64,000 nt of DNA from an uncultured Candidatus Saccharibacteria bacterium (GTDB taxonomy: Bacteria > Patescibacteriota > Dojkabacteria > J137), in NCBI GenBank assembly GCA_964414295.1, contig CAYPVU010000020.1:43289-107288 (forward strand), written 5' to 3'. Shown one piece after another: positions 1 through 8,601 of the stretch. The notes under the pieces are model-generated. The model was not told the origin of the DNA. It saw nothing but the letters and a program-made list of their open reading frames with translations, and did not search any database. The position numbers were made by a program, and so were the translations under genes. Numbering within the stretch: the first letter of the stretch is position 1; every line of letters begins with the position of its first letter.

Positions 1-1
1 C

Positions 2-2128
2 GAAGTTAAAGATATTTCTGCTAGATTCAAATTTTCTTCAGGTGGAGAAACTTATTACTTGAATTACCCTCAAGATGAAAATAATGCAGAGTTTACGCAG
101 TTTGCTGTGTTTGACGGTAAATCAGTAATCATACATCTAGATGAGCGTAATAAATTTGAATTTAAACCTGTTAGTTTAGAGTTCTTTAGTTCTCTTACAG
201 CCGCCTATAAAAAGATTGAAATTAAATTAGATGATGATATACAAAGCAGGCAAGTAAGAAAAGAATACGCAGCATTATTTGATGGTGATTCAAAAATTAA
301 AGAAGTAATTAACAACCTTTCTTCCGATACAAATATCCAAGAATTAAATAAACTACTTCCTGTGGGAGAAGTAGATACTAGGTTGAAAGAATTAGAAGAG
401 AAAAAAGCTCAGTTAATAGTATTGAAAAAGGATAAAGAAATTACATCGCTAACTGAAATTCAAACTTTACTAAGAGCTCTTAAAGAAAGTATTGAAGAAA
501 ATAATAAATACTTTCTTCAAGATACCATAAAGGAAGTAAAAGATAGAATTACCAACTATATAGAAAAATTAGCATTAGCAAACAAGGAAGGAATAACGAA
601 TCTACAAACAGATAAATTAAAGGCTGTAGGAACTGCCGAATGGAAGGCATTCATAGAAAGTGCAGAGAAAGTGGCTATACAGGAAGGTGATAATTATCCT
701 TTAGAAGATTCTATTTGCATTTTTTGTCATCAGCCATTGAAGGAAGATAGTCACTCACTTATCCATGATTATTGGAAATATCTAAAAAGCAAATCCGAGC
801 AGGATAAGAAAGATGCCAAAGAGAAGCTAGATAAAGCTATTGGTGCATACAATAGATTAGCTTGGAATTTAATGTCTGATGAAAGTATATTAAAGAAGTG
901 GTTGAAGGATAATTACGAAAAAGAAGCTGTAAAATTAGAAGAGGACATCTCTAGTCAAAAAGAATTATCAGATTTAATACTATTAGATTTAAAGGATTTA
1001 AATTTAGAGGAAAGAAGGGAGTCTTTAGTTGAAACATCAGATATAGATACAATAGAAAGAAATATAGAAGAGCAAATTAATAAACTTAAACTACAGGAGC
1101 CGACAAAAGAATTAGAATCAGTAAATCAATCAATTACTTTATTAAACCATCAGCAGAAGCTATCGCAACATATATCAACTATTATTGAATATATAAACAA
1201 TTTGAAATGGGCAGAAAAAGCGACACAGTGTAAAAGAAAATTGTTGACTACTAAAGTTACTAATAAAGAAAAGGAGCTTTCAGATAAGTTTTTTAATCAA
1301 GATTACTTAGAAGCTTTCAATGGCGAGTGTATGAGTATGGAGTGCAATTTTGGAGTAGAAATTAATCATACAGGTGTAGCGGGAACATCCTATCGACAGC
1401 TACGACTAAAGGGACATAACCCTTCTGCAATCCTTAGTGAAGGTGAACAAAAGGTTATTTCTCTTGCAGACTTCTTATCAGAAACTAAATTGTCTCAAGG
1501 CAATAAAGGTATTATTTTTGATGACCCTGTTAATTCGCTTGATGAGGAAAGAAAAAGCATTATCGCAAATAGGTTAGTTAATGAAAGTAAAACTCGACAG
1601 GTCATAGTGTTTACTCATGATTTAGTATTTGTCTCCTCTCTTATATCAGCATGTGAAGAAAACAACACAACTACAACTTGTCATTGGATTGAAAAAATCG
1701 ATGGAAAACCTGGGAAAATATGGTTAGATAATGCCCCTAGTTTGGAAAAAACTTACAGGAAGTCAGGTAAAGCATGGGACTTTTACAACAAAGCGAAAGA
1801 TGCATCGGGTCCAGAAGAAAGAGAAATTCATATAAAAAGTGGCTTTGCTTCATTAAGAACTAGTTATGAAACACTAGTTATATTTGATTTATTTAAGGGA
1901 GTTGTACAGAGATTTAATGAACGGGTTAGTATTATGAGCTTAAAGGATGTGACGTTTTCTGAAGAAATGAAAAATGAAATAATTAGTAGTTTTGAAAAAT
2001 GTTGTAGTTACATGGAAGGTCATTCTCATAGCGATAAATATACCTATACCAAGCCCTCTTTAGATGATTTGAAAAATGAGATAGAGGTATTTGATAAGCT
2101 AAAAGGTAAATTGAAAACAAAAGATTAG
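2..2128 (+). CDS. Zn-hook ABC/SMC-like ATPase (AAA_13/RloC-like), 5'-truncated by the window edge
   Basis: Frame is open from position 2. Long coiled coil with central CIFC Zn-hook motif, ABC signature LSEGEQK, Walker B/D-loop IIFDDPVNSLD and H-loop VFTHD. C-terminal helical domain ends in MEGHSH. Walker A lies upstream of the window. Confidence 0.75.
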   Translation, partial: EVKDISARFKFSSGGETYYLNYPQDENNAEFTQFAVFDGKSVIIHLDERNKFEFKPVSLEFFSSLTAAYKKIEIKLDDDIQSRQVRKEYAALFDGDSKIKEVINNLSSDTNIQELNKLLPVGEVDTRLKELEEKKAQLIVLKKDKEITSLTEIQTLLRALKESIEENNKYFLQDTIKEVKDRITNYIEKLALANKEGITNLQTDKLKAVGTAEWKAFIESAEKVAIQEGDNYPLEDSICIFCHQPLKEDSHSLIHDYWKYLKSKSEQDKKDAKEKLDKAIGAYNRLAWNLMSDESILKKWLKDNYEKEAVKLEEDISSQKELSDLILLDLKDLNLEERRESLVETSDIDTIERNIEEQINKLKLQEPTKELESVNQSITLLNHQQKLSQHISTIIEYINNLKWAEKATQCKRKLLTTKVTNKEKELSDKFFNQDYLEAFNGECMSMECNFGVEINHTGVAGTSYRQLRLKGHNPSAILSEGEQKVISLADFLSETKLSQGNKGIIFDDPVNSLDEERKSIIANRLVNESKTRQVIVFTHDLVFVSSLISACEENNTTTTCHWIEKIDGKPGKIWLDNAPSLEKTYRKSGKAWDFYNKAKDASGPEEREIHIKSGFASLRTSYETLVIFDLFKGVVQRFNERVSIMSLKDVTFSEEMKNEIISSFEKCCSYMEGHSHSDKYTYTKPSLDDLKNEIEVFDKLKGKLKTKD

Positions 2129-2131
2129 AAC

Positions 2132-2160
2132 AAGAGGAGATGGTTTAATCATCTCCTCTT
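2132..2160. terminator. Bidirectional intrinsic terminator between convergent genes
   Basis: Perfect 11-bp inverted repeat AAGAGGAGATG / CATCTCCTCTT. Confidence 0.8.
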
Positions 2161-2174
2161 AATCTGTTAAATTT

Positions 2175-2747
2175 TTATTTCAGAGCTCCTTGCATTAAAT
2201 CTAACATTTCCTTTTGCTCAGTAGCTTTATATTTAGGAGATACTCTTAGAAGAACATTTCCTATGATACGATGTTCACCAGGATTAAGGAATCCTGAATT
2301 CTTTTGAAAAGATGATAAGTAAGTACTTCTACTTTGCGCGTCTTCTTCTGTAGCAAAAACTTCTACTGTTCCTCCAGCATCAGTTCCATAATCATTTGAA
2401 GTAGAGTAGTCCATCCCGTCTTGGTTTGTTCTTGTATCATAAAATGCACCTGCATATTGATATTGTCCATTTTTCCCGAGCATATTATTACTATCGGTAT
2501 CTTCAGTGTATATCCTTGTCTTTTCTACAGTAGGCACTTCTGACTTTACTTTATCTAAAATAGATTGAACTAACTCATTACCTATTAACTTTGACTTTGA
2601 TGCATTGTTGGTATTGTCTGTAAATGATTCATTTACAGAAGGAGAATTGTCTGCACTGTCAGACTGATTCTGTAGAAGAATGACTCCTCCTATTATAGCT
2701 ATTGCCAGCACTACTACAGCACCTATCACGAAGCCCTTGGTCTTCAT
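2175..2747 (-). CDS. Membrane-anchored extracytoplasmic protein of the type seen in prophages/mobile elements
   Basis: N-terminal hydrophobic helix, S/N-rich linker, and a domain with GGTVEVF...EDAQSRSTYL...GNVLLRVS. Confidence 0.6.
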   Translation of the reverse strand: MKTKGFVIGAVVVLAIAIIGGVILLQNQSDSADNSPSVNESFTDNTNNASKSKLIGNELVQSILDKVKSEVPTVEKTRIYTEDTDSNNMLGKNGQYQYAGAFYDTRTNQDGMDYSTSNDYGTDAGGTVEVFATEEDAQSRSTYLSSFQKNSGFLNPGEHRIIGNVLLRVSPKYKATEQKEMLDLMQGALK

Positions 2748-2814
2748 ATAGAGAAAGATAAAAAATAGAATTTACAAGATTACTGGCTGAGTTATTCAAA
2801 GCTTTAAAAGCAAA

Positions 2815-2965
2815 GATGGCCCAACGCCAGCTAAGTCTTGCGACTTACTATCAGGGTTTCCCCAGATAGACCAAGGGTAGGACTGGACATTGAGCCGTCA
2901 TCATACCCTTGGATTTTGTTACGAAACCATGCTCATATTTTTAATATGAGTTTAGGTCTCAGATA
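2815..2965 (-). ncRNA. Putative structured leader RNA/ncRNA of unknown class
   Basis: On the minus strand: two GNRA-capped hairpins (GAAA, GCAA), a perfect 9-bp helix CCAAGGGUA/UACCCUUGG, a crossing ~16-bp helix with G-U pairs, and a 5' hairpin. It lies directly behind a sigma70 promoter. Confidence 0.65.
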
Positions 2966-2970
2966 GGAGA

Positions 2971-2999
2971 ATTATAATCTATGAAGACATAAGCTTCAA
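2971..2999 (-). promoter_or_regulatory. Sigma70-type promoter for the structured RNA and the 2175-2747 gene
   Basis: TTGAAG-17 nt-TATAAT on the minus strand. Confidence 0.7.
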
Positions 3000-3341
3000 C
3001 AGATGATAAAAAAGATTATTCAGTATATGTTAAATTCAAAAATTACTATGCTATCTGAGGTAAAGATAGTTAGGGCATTAAAAATAGAATATAAACGTAA
3101 GCTACTGCCATAGCCATATTTTAAATTCTGATTAGCCTATGGAACAATGTTAATAAGGAATCGAAGTAACAGCAAGGATAGTTAATTCCTTGAGTTTAAT
3201 AGGATAAATTCCTATATTTCTAATATAAAAATAGATTTACTTAAACAAGTATTGTTATGAGCCTCAGAATAATGAAAATAGTATGAAACTGAAGTATAAT
3301 ACAGTCTATAGAACTGTAGGGATTATATTTAGAAAATTAGA

Positions 3342-3458
3342 TTAGATATCTACATTAGTTAAAGCAAGTAATTTACTTACTGTATTCAAAAAATGGTCAG
3401 GATATTTAATGATTTTTAACCAGTCTGTCGTTCGAAAATCGTCCCAGACAGTCAGTTT
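3342..3458 (-). pseudogene. Start-less reading-frame fragment resembling the C-terminal tail of a CPR site-specific recombinase; probable att junction
   Basis: Translates KLTVWDDFRTTDWLKIIKYPDHFLNTVSKLLALTNVDI*, is preceded by an in-frame stop, and has no ATG. It sits at the switch from accessory to housekeeping genes. Confidence 0.4.
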
Positions 3459-3555
3459 TTAAAACTAATTTATGAATCAAAAATGGGATTCCCCTTGGGG
3501 GAAAACACTTACACACTAATTAATATTAAAGTAATACTTAAATTAGTAACTTTTT

Positions 3556-4866
3556 ATGGAACGAACTTTTATTAAAGACCTATCTAAATTAGTAGGCACA
3601 ACAGTAAAGATTGTAGGATTTGCAGAAAATCAAAGAGAATTAGGGAAAATTACATTTGTAGACCTTAGAGATATTACAGGAAAAGTACAGTGTGTAGGTT
3701 ACCAAATGATGAAAGATGTAACAGTTGAATCAGTTTTAGAGATTGTAGGAGAAGTTAAAGCAAGACCAGAAAAAATGATTAATGCTGAACAAGAGAATGG
3801 TACTGTAGAGATTGATGTTAAAGAATATAAATTGTTAAGTAAGGCTGAAGGATTGCCAATCATGGTAAATGCTAAGGCTCAAAACGAAGCAGAAGTTGAT
3901 GTTAGATTAGACTATAGATGGTTAGACCTAAGAAAACCAGAAAAGCTTTTAGTATTTAAAGTTTGGACAGAATTAGAAAGAGCATTTAGAGAATATTGGA
4001 CATCTAATAATTATTTAGAAATCCACTCTCCTAAGCTATTGGGTGCGCCAAGTGAAAGCGGAGCAGAAGTATTTGAAGTTAAATACTTTGATAGAAAAGC
4101 ATATTTAGCTCAATCGCCGCAATTCTATAAACAAATGGCAATGGCAGCAGGATTCGAAAAAGTCTTTGAAATAGGATCTGTTTTTAGAGCAGAGAATTCA
4201 AACACAATAAGACATACAACTGAATTCACAGGTTATGACGCAGAAATTTCTTACATTAATTCTCATTTTGATGTAATGGAAGAAGAAGAAAAGCTCATTG
4301 CTTTTGGCATGCAGAAAGTTAAAGAAAAGTATGGAGAGGAAATAAAAAAACTTTTAGGAATAGAGATTATTGTACCTACAATTCCATTTCCTAAGTTAAC
4401 AATGAAGGAAGCAAAAGAAATTCTTGCAAATTTAGGAATTAAAAGTGAAAAAGATGGTGACCTTTCAAGTGAAGAAGAAAGAGAACTTGGTATGTATGTA
4501 GAAAAAGAAATGCATCATGAATTTGTTTTTGTAACAGATTATCCAATTGATGTAAGACCTTTCTACCACATGAGACATGAAGATAATCCTACACTTACAA
4601 AGAGTTTTGACTTAATGTTTAAAGGTTTAGAAATAACTACAGGTGCTCAAAGGGAACATAGATACGATGTTCTATTAAATCAGGCAAAAGAAAAAGGAAT
4701 GAATATAGAAAATATTCAATTCTATTTAGATTTCTTTAAATATGGTGTTCCACCTCATGGAGGATTAGGAATGGGACCAAGCAGACTTTTAATGAAGATG
4801 CTTGGATTAGAATCTATTAGAGAATCAATGTTCTTATTTAGAAATCCTAGAAGATTAAATCCATAA
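3556..4866 (+). CDS. aspS: Aspartyl-tRNA synthetase, short archaeal/non-discriminating type
   Basis: OB-fold N-terminus, YLAQSPQFYKQ, FRAENSNT.RH..EF, GAQREH, YGVPPHGG; 436 aa with no GAD insertion. Confidence 0.93.
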   Translation: MERTFIKDLSKLVGTTVKIVGFAENQRELGKITFVDLRDITGKVQCVGYQMMKDVTVESVLEIVGEVKARPEKMINAEQENGTVEIDVKEYKLLSKAEGLPIMVNAKAQNEAEVDVRLDYRWLDLRKPEKLLVFKVWTELERAFREYWTSNNYLEIHSPKLLGAPSESGAEVFEVKYFDRKAYLAQSPQFYKQMAMAAGFEKVFEIGSVFRAENSNTIRHTTEFTGYDAEISYINSHFDVMEEEEKLIAFGMQKVKEKYGEEIKKLLGIEIIVPTIPFPKLTMKEAKEILANLGIKSEKDGDLSSEEERELGMYVEKEMHHEFVFVTDYPIDVRPFYHMRHEDNPTLTKSFDLMFKGLEITTGAQREHRYDVLLNQAKEKGMNIENIQFYLDFFKYGVPPHGGLGMGPSRLLMKMLGLESIRESMFLFRNPRRLNP

Positions 4867-4875
4867 CTTTATTAT

Positions 4876-4897
4876 AGGCGGCGCTAAAGCGCCGCTT
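4876..4897 (+). terminator. GC-rich hairpin between aspS and asnS (terminator or mRNA stabiliser)
   Basis: AGGCGGCGC-TAAA-GCGCCGCTT followed by a short T-rich stretch. Confidence 0.55.
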
Positions 4898-4914
4898 TGT
4901 TAACTAATTTATTT

Positions 4915-6216
4915 ATGAACGAATATTCAATTTCAAAATCAAAAGAGTTTGCAGGCAAAGAGGTAACTCTTAAAGGCTGGATGTATAACAAAAGAAGCTC
5001 TGGAAAGATTGCATTTTTGCAATTAAGAGATGGAAGCGGTTACATTCAAGGCGTAGTAGAAAAAGCAAATGTTAGTGAAGATACTTGGAAAGCAAGTGAG
5101 GAATTAACAATAGAGTCGTCCTGTGAAGTTATTGGTTTAGTAAAAGAAGAACCAAGATCTCCAAGTGGTTACGAACTACAAGTAAAAGAAGTTAAAGTTG
5201 TTAATATTGCACCAGAATTCCCAATTGGTAAAAAAGAACACGGACCAGAATTTTTATTTGAAAATAGAGATTTATATTTAAGATCTAAAACTCCTTGGGC
5301 AGTTTTAAGAATAAGAGATCAAGTATTTAGATCCGTAACTAATTATTTTTACGAGCAAGGATTTATTAGGTTTGATGCACCAGTTTTACAGCCTACATCA
5401 GCTGAAGATACTTCTCAATTATTCGAAATTGAATATTACGAAGACAAAATGTATTTAACCCAATCAGGACAGCTATATTTAGAAGCTGGAATTATGGGGT
5501 TTGGCAAAGCATACGATTTTGGTCCAGTATTTAGAGCAGAAAAGAGTAAAACTAGAAACCATTTATCTGAGTTCTGGATGATGGATGCAGAAATGGCAAA
5601 TTATGATCAATCCATGAATGAAGATGTTCAAGAAGGAATGGTTAAAAGAATAATTAAAGATGTTTTAGAAAACTGCAAAACTGAATTAAAAGTATTAGAA
5701 AGAGACACTACTGTTCTAGAAAATTGTTTAAATAAAGATTTTGTAAGAATTAAGCATTATGATGCTAAAAAGCTTTTAGAAGATAAAGGATTTAAAGTAG
5801 ATTACAACGATGATATGACTACAGAAGAAGAAATTGAAATCGGTAATCATTTTGGAATTCCAGTATTTATAGAAGACTATCCTTTTGCTGTAAAAGCTTT
5901 CTATATGAAGAAATATACAGATGAAAGAGGAATGGAAAGAGCAAGAAATGCTGATTTAATTGCACCAGAAGAAGCTAGAGAAATAATAGGAGGAAGCCAA
6001 AGAGAAGAATCTTACGAAAAGTTATTAGAAGAATTAAATAAAAGAAACTACCCTGTTTCCGACTATGAATGGTACTTGAATATCAGAAAATATGGATCTG
6101 TTATACATTCTGGATTCGGCTTAGGATTAGAAAGAATGGTTAGATGGGTAAGTGGTGTTCATCATATTAGAGAAACAATCCCTTTCCCTAGAACTACAGT
6201 ATTAAGTAGACCTTAA
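4915..6216 (+). CDS. asnS: Asparaginyl-tRNA synthetase
   Basis: YLTQSGQLYLEA, FRAEKSKTRNHLSEFWM, EIIGGSQRE, HSGFGLGLER. ATG at 4915 preferred over TTG at 4897. Confidence 0.95.
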   Translation: MNEYSISKSKEFAGKEVTLKGWMYNKRSSGKIAFLQLRDGSGYIQGVVEKANVSEDTWKASEELTIESSCEVIGLVKEEPRSPSGYELQVKEVKVVNIAPEFPIGKKEHGPEFLFENRDLYLRSKTPWAVLRIRDQVFRSVTNYFYEQGFIRFDAPVLQPTSAEDTSQLFEIEYYEDKMYLTQSGQLYLEAGIMGFGKAYDFGPVFRAEKSKTRNHLSEFWMMDAEMANYDQSMNEDVQEGMVKRIIKDVLENCKTELKVLERDTTVLENCLNKDFVRIKHYDAKKLLEDKGFKVDYNDDMTTEEEIEIGNHFGIPVFIEDYPFAVKAFYMKKYTDERGMERARNADLIAPEEAREIIGGSQREESYEKLLEELNKRNYPVSDYEWYLNIRKYGSVIHSGFGLGLERMVRWVSGVHHIRETIPFPRTTVLSRP

Positions 6217-6238
6217 AAATGCCCGAAAGGGCATTTTT
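6215..6238. terminator. Bidirectional intrinsic terminator
   Basis: AAAAATGCCC-GAAA-GGGCATTTTT. Confidence 0.85.
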
Positions 6239-7811
6239 ATTTTATAGCAGTTTGTTCAAACTCCTGTTGAACTTCCATTGATACCTCTCCTGCAAATAAT
6301 GCAATTGCTAAGTCTATTTCTTGAAGTTTTTGAATAGGTTCCATTTCTTTTCTAATTATGTGTCTTAAAATTGCTATTTGCTGATTTATCTCAGCATCCT
6401 CTTTAGCAACAAAATTCAGTCTCCCTAACTGTGTAGATAACCATCTATATTTTTCGTGTCTGCTTTCAATTCCAACTTCTTGATGCAAAAAGTTATATAG
6501 TTCATAAAAGAAATCTATAAATAAAGTTACCTCGTTAGTTATATATTTTATTCCTCCAGTACCTAATCTAACTTTTAATTCTTCTTGCTCATCGGGAGTT
6601 AAAGAATCCCAGCCAGGGATTCTATCTCTTATAGTTTGAGATGCAATTGTTACACCCAATACTGGCTGAACTAAGTTTTTAGTTTGTGTAAATCCGTTAT
6701 AATTAAGACTTTGTGTAATTGCAGTATTCATAGAAGGAATATTTACAAATTCTTTTCCTTGGTCACGGTATCTTTCTACCCAATCTGTTCCTCCCATCGT
6801 TAGGTTTTTAAAGTCGTTCTCATTCATTTGCATTACTACCCCTTCTAAATGTAAACCTGTTAAAAAGAATAGTAATAAATCAACAAAGTCTGCTTCATTT
6901 CTAGTTCTTGCAATATTTCCTAACCACAAAATTAATCCAGGATATTCCTTTAAATAGGGAGCTAACACATTAAGCTGACCAAACAAGTTTGCAATTGAAC
7001 CTGTAGAAAAAACAATTGCCTCTGATCGCTGCATTACTTCTAATAATTCTGGATGATTTCTTTCTATTTCTGCAATTCCTATTGCTTCACCTACTTCTTC
7101 GTCTATTAATTTATAGGTTCCAGGTCCCATATGAATTTGAGCTTCATCAACAGCTTCTTCGGTTACAAATTTTAAACCCGTATTTAAGTTTGTAGCTTCC
7201 AAAGTTAATCTTTTATTATAAAAAAAGTGCGGATGAATATTTTCTGGAATTAACCCAAGGTTTTTTAGTTCTGCAAAAAACTTATTTATATCTAAACCTT
7301 TTTGTATGTGTATAAAAGCTAAAAATAAATTACCAATTGAATGCTTTACTGCAGGATCAAAACCTAGTTCTTTAAATTTATTAAAGTATCTTTTACAAAA
7401 CCCTATAAATCCTTCACAAAAGTCTGGATCTACAAACCCAATTTGATTACAGAAGTCTACACATGCACCAATAAATTCTGCAGTATCAGTCCCCTTATAT
7501 CTTTCACCCATCTTTCTAGAAGCTTCATCACCTCTGGTATAAAATAAGAATCTTTCAATTATTGATCTTAAATCTCCCATTGGCAGTAATTGATTAGGAT
7601 TAATGCCTAAATCTAGCTGAGATAAAACTTTATAAAGCCATCCTGTATGGCCCCCACTGTCATCAACACCTAATACTAAATGAATTTCATCAAGTTCTGT
7701 ATCTGAATTTAATTCGTCCTGATTAACAGTTTGCCTAGTTAGAAGATCATCCATTGCAGAAGATCCGTGTCCTCCAACTCCAAGAATTGTTATAACTTTT
7801 CCTTTTGCCAT
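6237..7811 (-). CDS. Divergent YvcK/CofD (UPF0052) family protein with C-terminal extension
   Basis: GVGGHG (cf. GGGTG), VDDSGGHTG (cf. DDGGSSG), LPMGDLR, HSIGNLFLA. Confidence 0.65.
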   Translation of the reverse strand: MAKGKVITILGVGGHGSSAMDDLLTRQTVNQDELNSDTELDEIHLVLGVDDSGGHTGWLYKVLSQLDLGINPNQLLPMGDLRSIIERFLFYTRGDEASRKMGERYKGTDTAEFIGACVDFCNQIGFVDPDFCEGFIGFCKRYFNKFKELGFDPAVKHSIGNLFLAFIHIQKGLDINKFFAELKNLGLIPENIHPHFFYNKRLTLEATNLNTGLKFVTEEAVDEAQIHMGPGTYKLIDEEVGEAIGIAEIERNHPELLEVMQRSEAIVFSTGSIANLFGQLNVLAPYLKEYPGLILWLGNIARTRNEADFVDLLLFFLTGLHLEGVVMQMNENDFKNLTMGGTDWVERYRDQGKEFVNIPSMNTAITQSLNYNGFTQTKNLVQPVLGVTIASQTIRDRIPGWDSLTPDEQEELKVRLGTGGIKYITNEVTLFIDFFYELYNFLHQEVGIESRHEKYRWLSTQLGRLNFVAKEDAEINQQIAILRHIIRKEMEPIQKLQEIDLAIALFAGEVSMEVQQEFEQTAIK

Positions 7812-8452
7812 TAAAATAAACTTAATAAACTTTCTACCTCTCTTACATTACTAGGTGTTTCTAAATGAGAATACTTATCACCTAATCTTTTAATTCTTAT
7901 GTAATCAATATTAGTAATAGGTTTTTTAAAACCTTCGATTTTATCATCTATCCAGTAAAATTGGGAATATTTCACTTCTTTAGTCTTTTTAAAAACTTCA
8001 GATAAGGCGGAACTTAAATTTGATTGCAAAAACTCATTTTTATCTGAATCTACAATAATTACTGGTAATCTAAGCTTATTAAGCCCGCTTATCTTTAATT
8101 TATATTTGTAATGGAAGGGATCGGCATAGGTAAAAACAACAATATTCTTTTTATGAGTATTTATAAAGTCTAAGGTATCTGAATATAAGTAATCTTTTTC
8201 TAAAGAAATTAAATAATGCTTTATTTCTTCAATAAGTCCCGATATATTTTTTAATCCTAGGATTTTAAATTGCTTTTTTAGACTATGAGGTTTTCCATCT
8301 TTCTTTGCGTCTTCGTAAGCTTCTTTTATATCTTCTAAAGGTATTTTATAGGTTGAGTTTAAATACAAAAATATATCGTTATGGAATTCATCTGATTTAA
8401 ATAATGTCCCATCAAAATCAACTAAAAGTAATTGTGACATAATAATACTCAT
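7811..8452 (-). CDS. HAD-superfamily hydrolase
   Basis: Motif I LVDFDGTLF, motif IV WIDDK; stop codon overlaps the next start. Confidence 0.8.
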   Translation of the reverse strand: MSIIMSQLLLVDFDGTLFKSDEFHNDIFLYLNSTYKIPLEDIKEAYEDAKKDGKPHSLKKQFKILGLKNISGLIEEIKHYLISLEKDYLYSDTLDFINTHKKNIVVFTYADPFHYKYKLKISGLNKLRLPVIIVDSDKNEFLQSNLSSALSEVFKKTKEVKYSQFYWIDDKIEGFKKPITNIDYIRIKRLGDKYSHLETPSNVREVESLLSLF

Positions 8453-8601
8453 ATTTTATAAAAGAGATTTAAAGTATATAACGGAGTTTAAGAATGGGTC
8501 AATTACTCACTTTAATCATTATTACTGGTTAATAAGATACGAGTATTCAAAGATTCAGGCATATATTATAATTCTTTTATAAACCATTAATTAAATTCGG
8601 T

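Noticed and set aside
2815-2965. Retron msr-msd or tRNA/tmRNA interpretation of the structured RNA
   Set aside because: No reverse transcriptase in the window, and no cloverleaf, T-loop or tag frame
3079-3118. Tiny minus-strand hydrophobic ORF (MAMAVAYVYILFLMP)
   Set aside because: Only 15 codons with no supporting signals; expected by chance in AT-rich DNA
3460-3555. Possible T-box riboswitch ahead of aspS (small CCCC-TT-GGGG hairpin)
   Set aside because: No T-box consensus (GGTGGxACCGCG) or terminator, and the leader is too short
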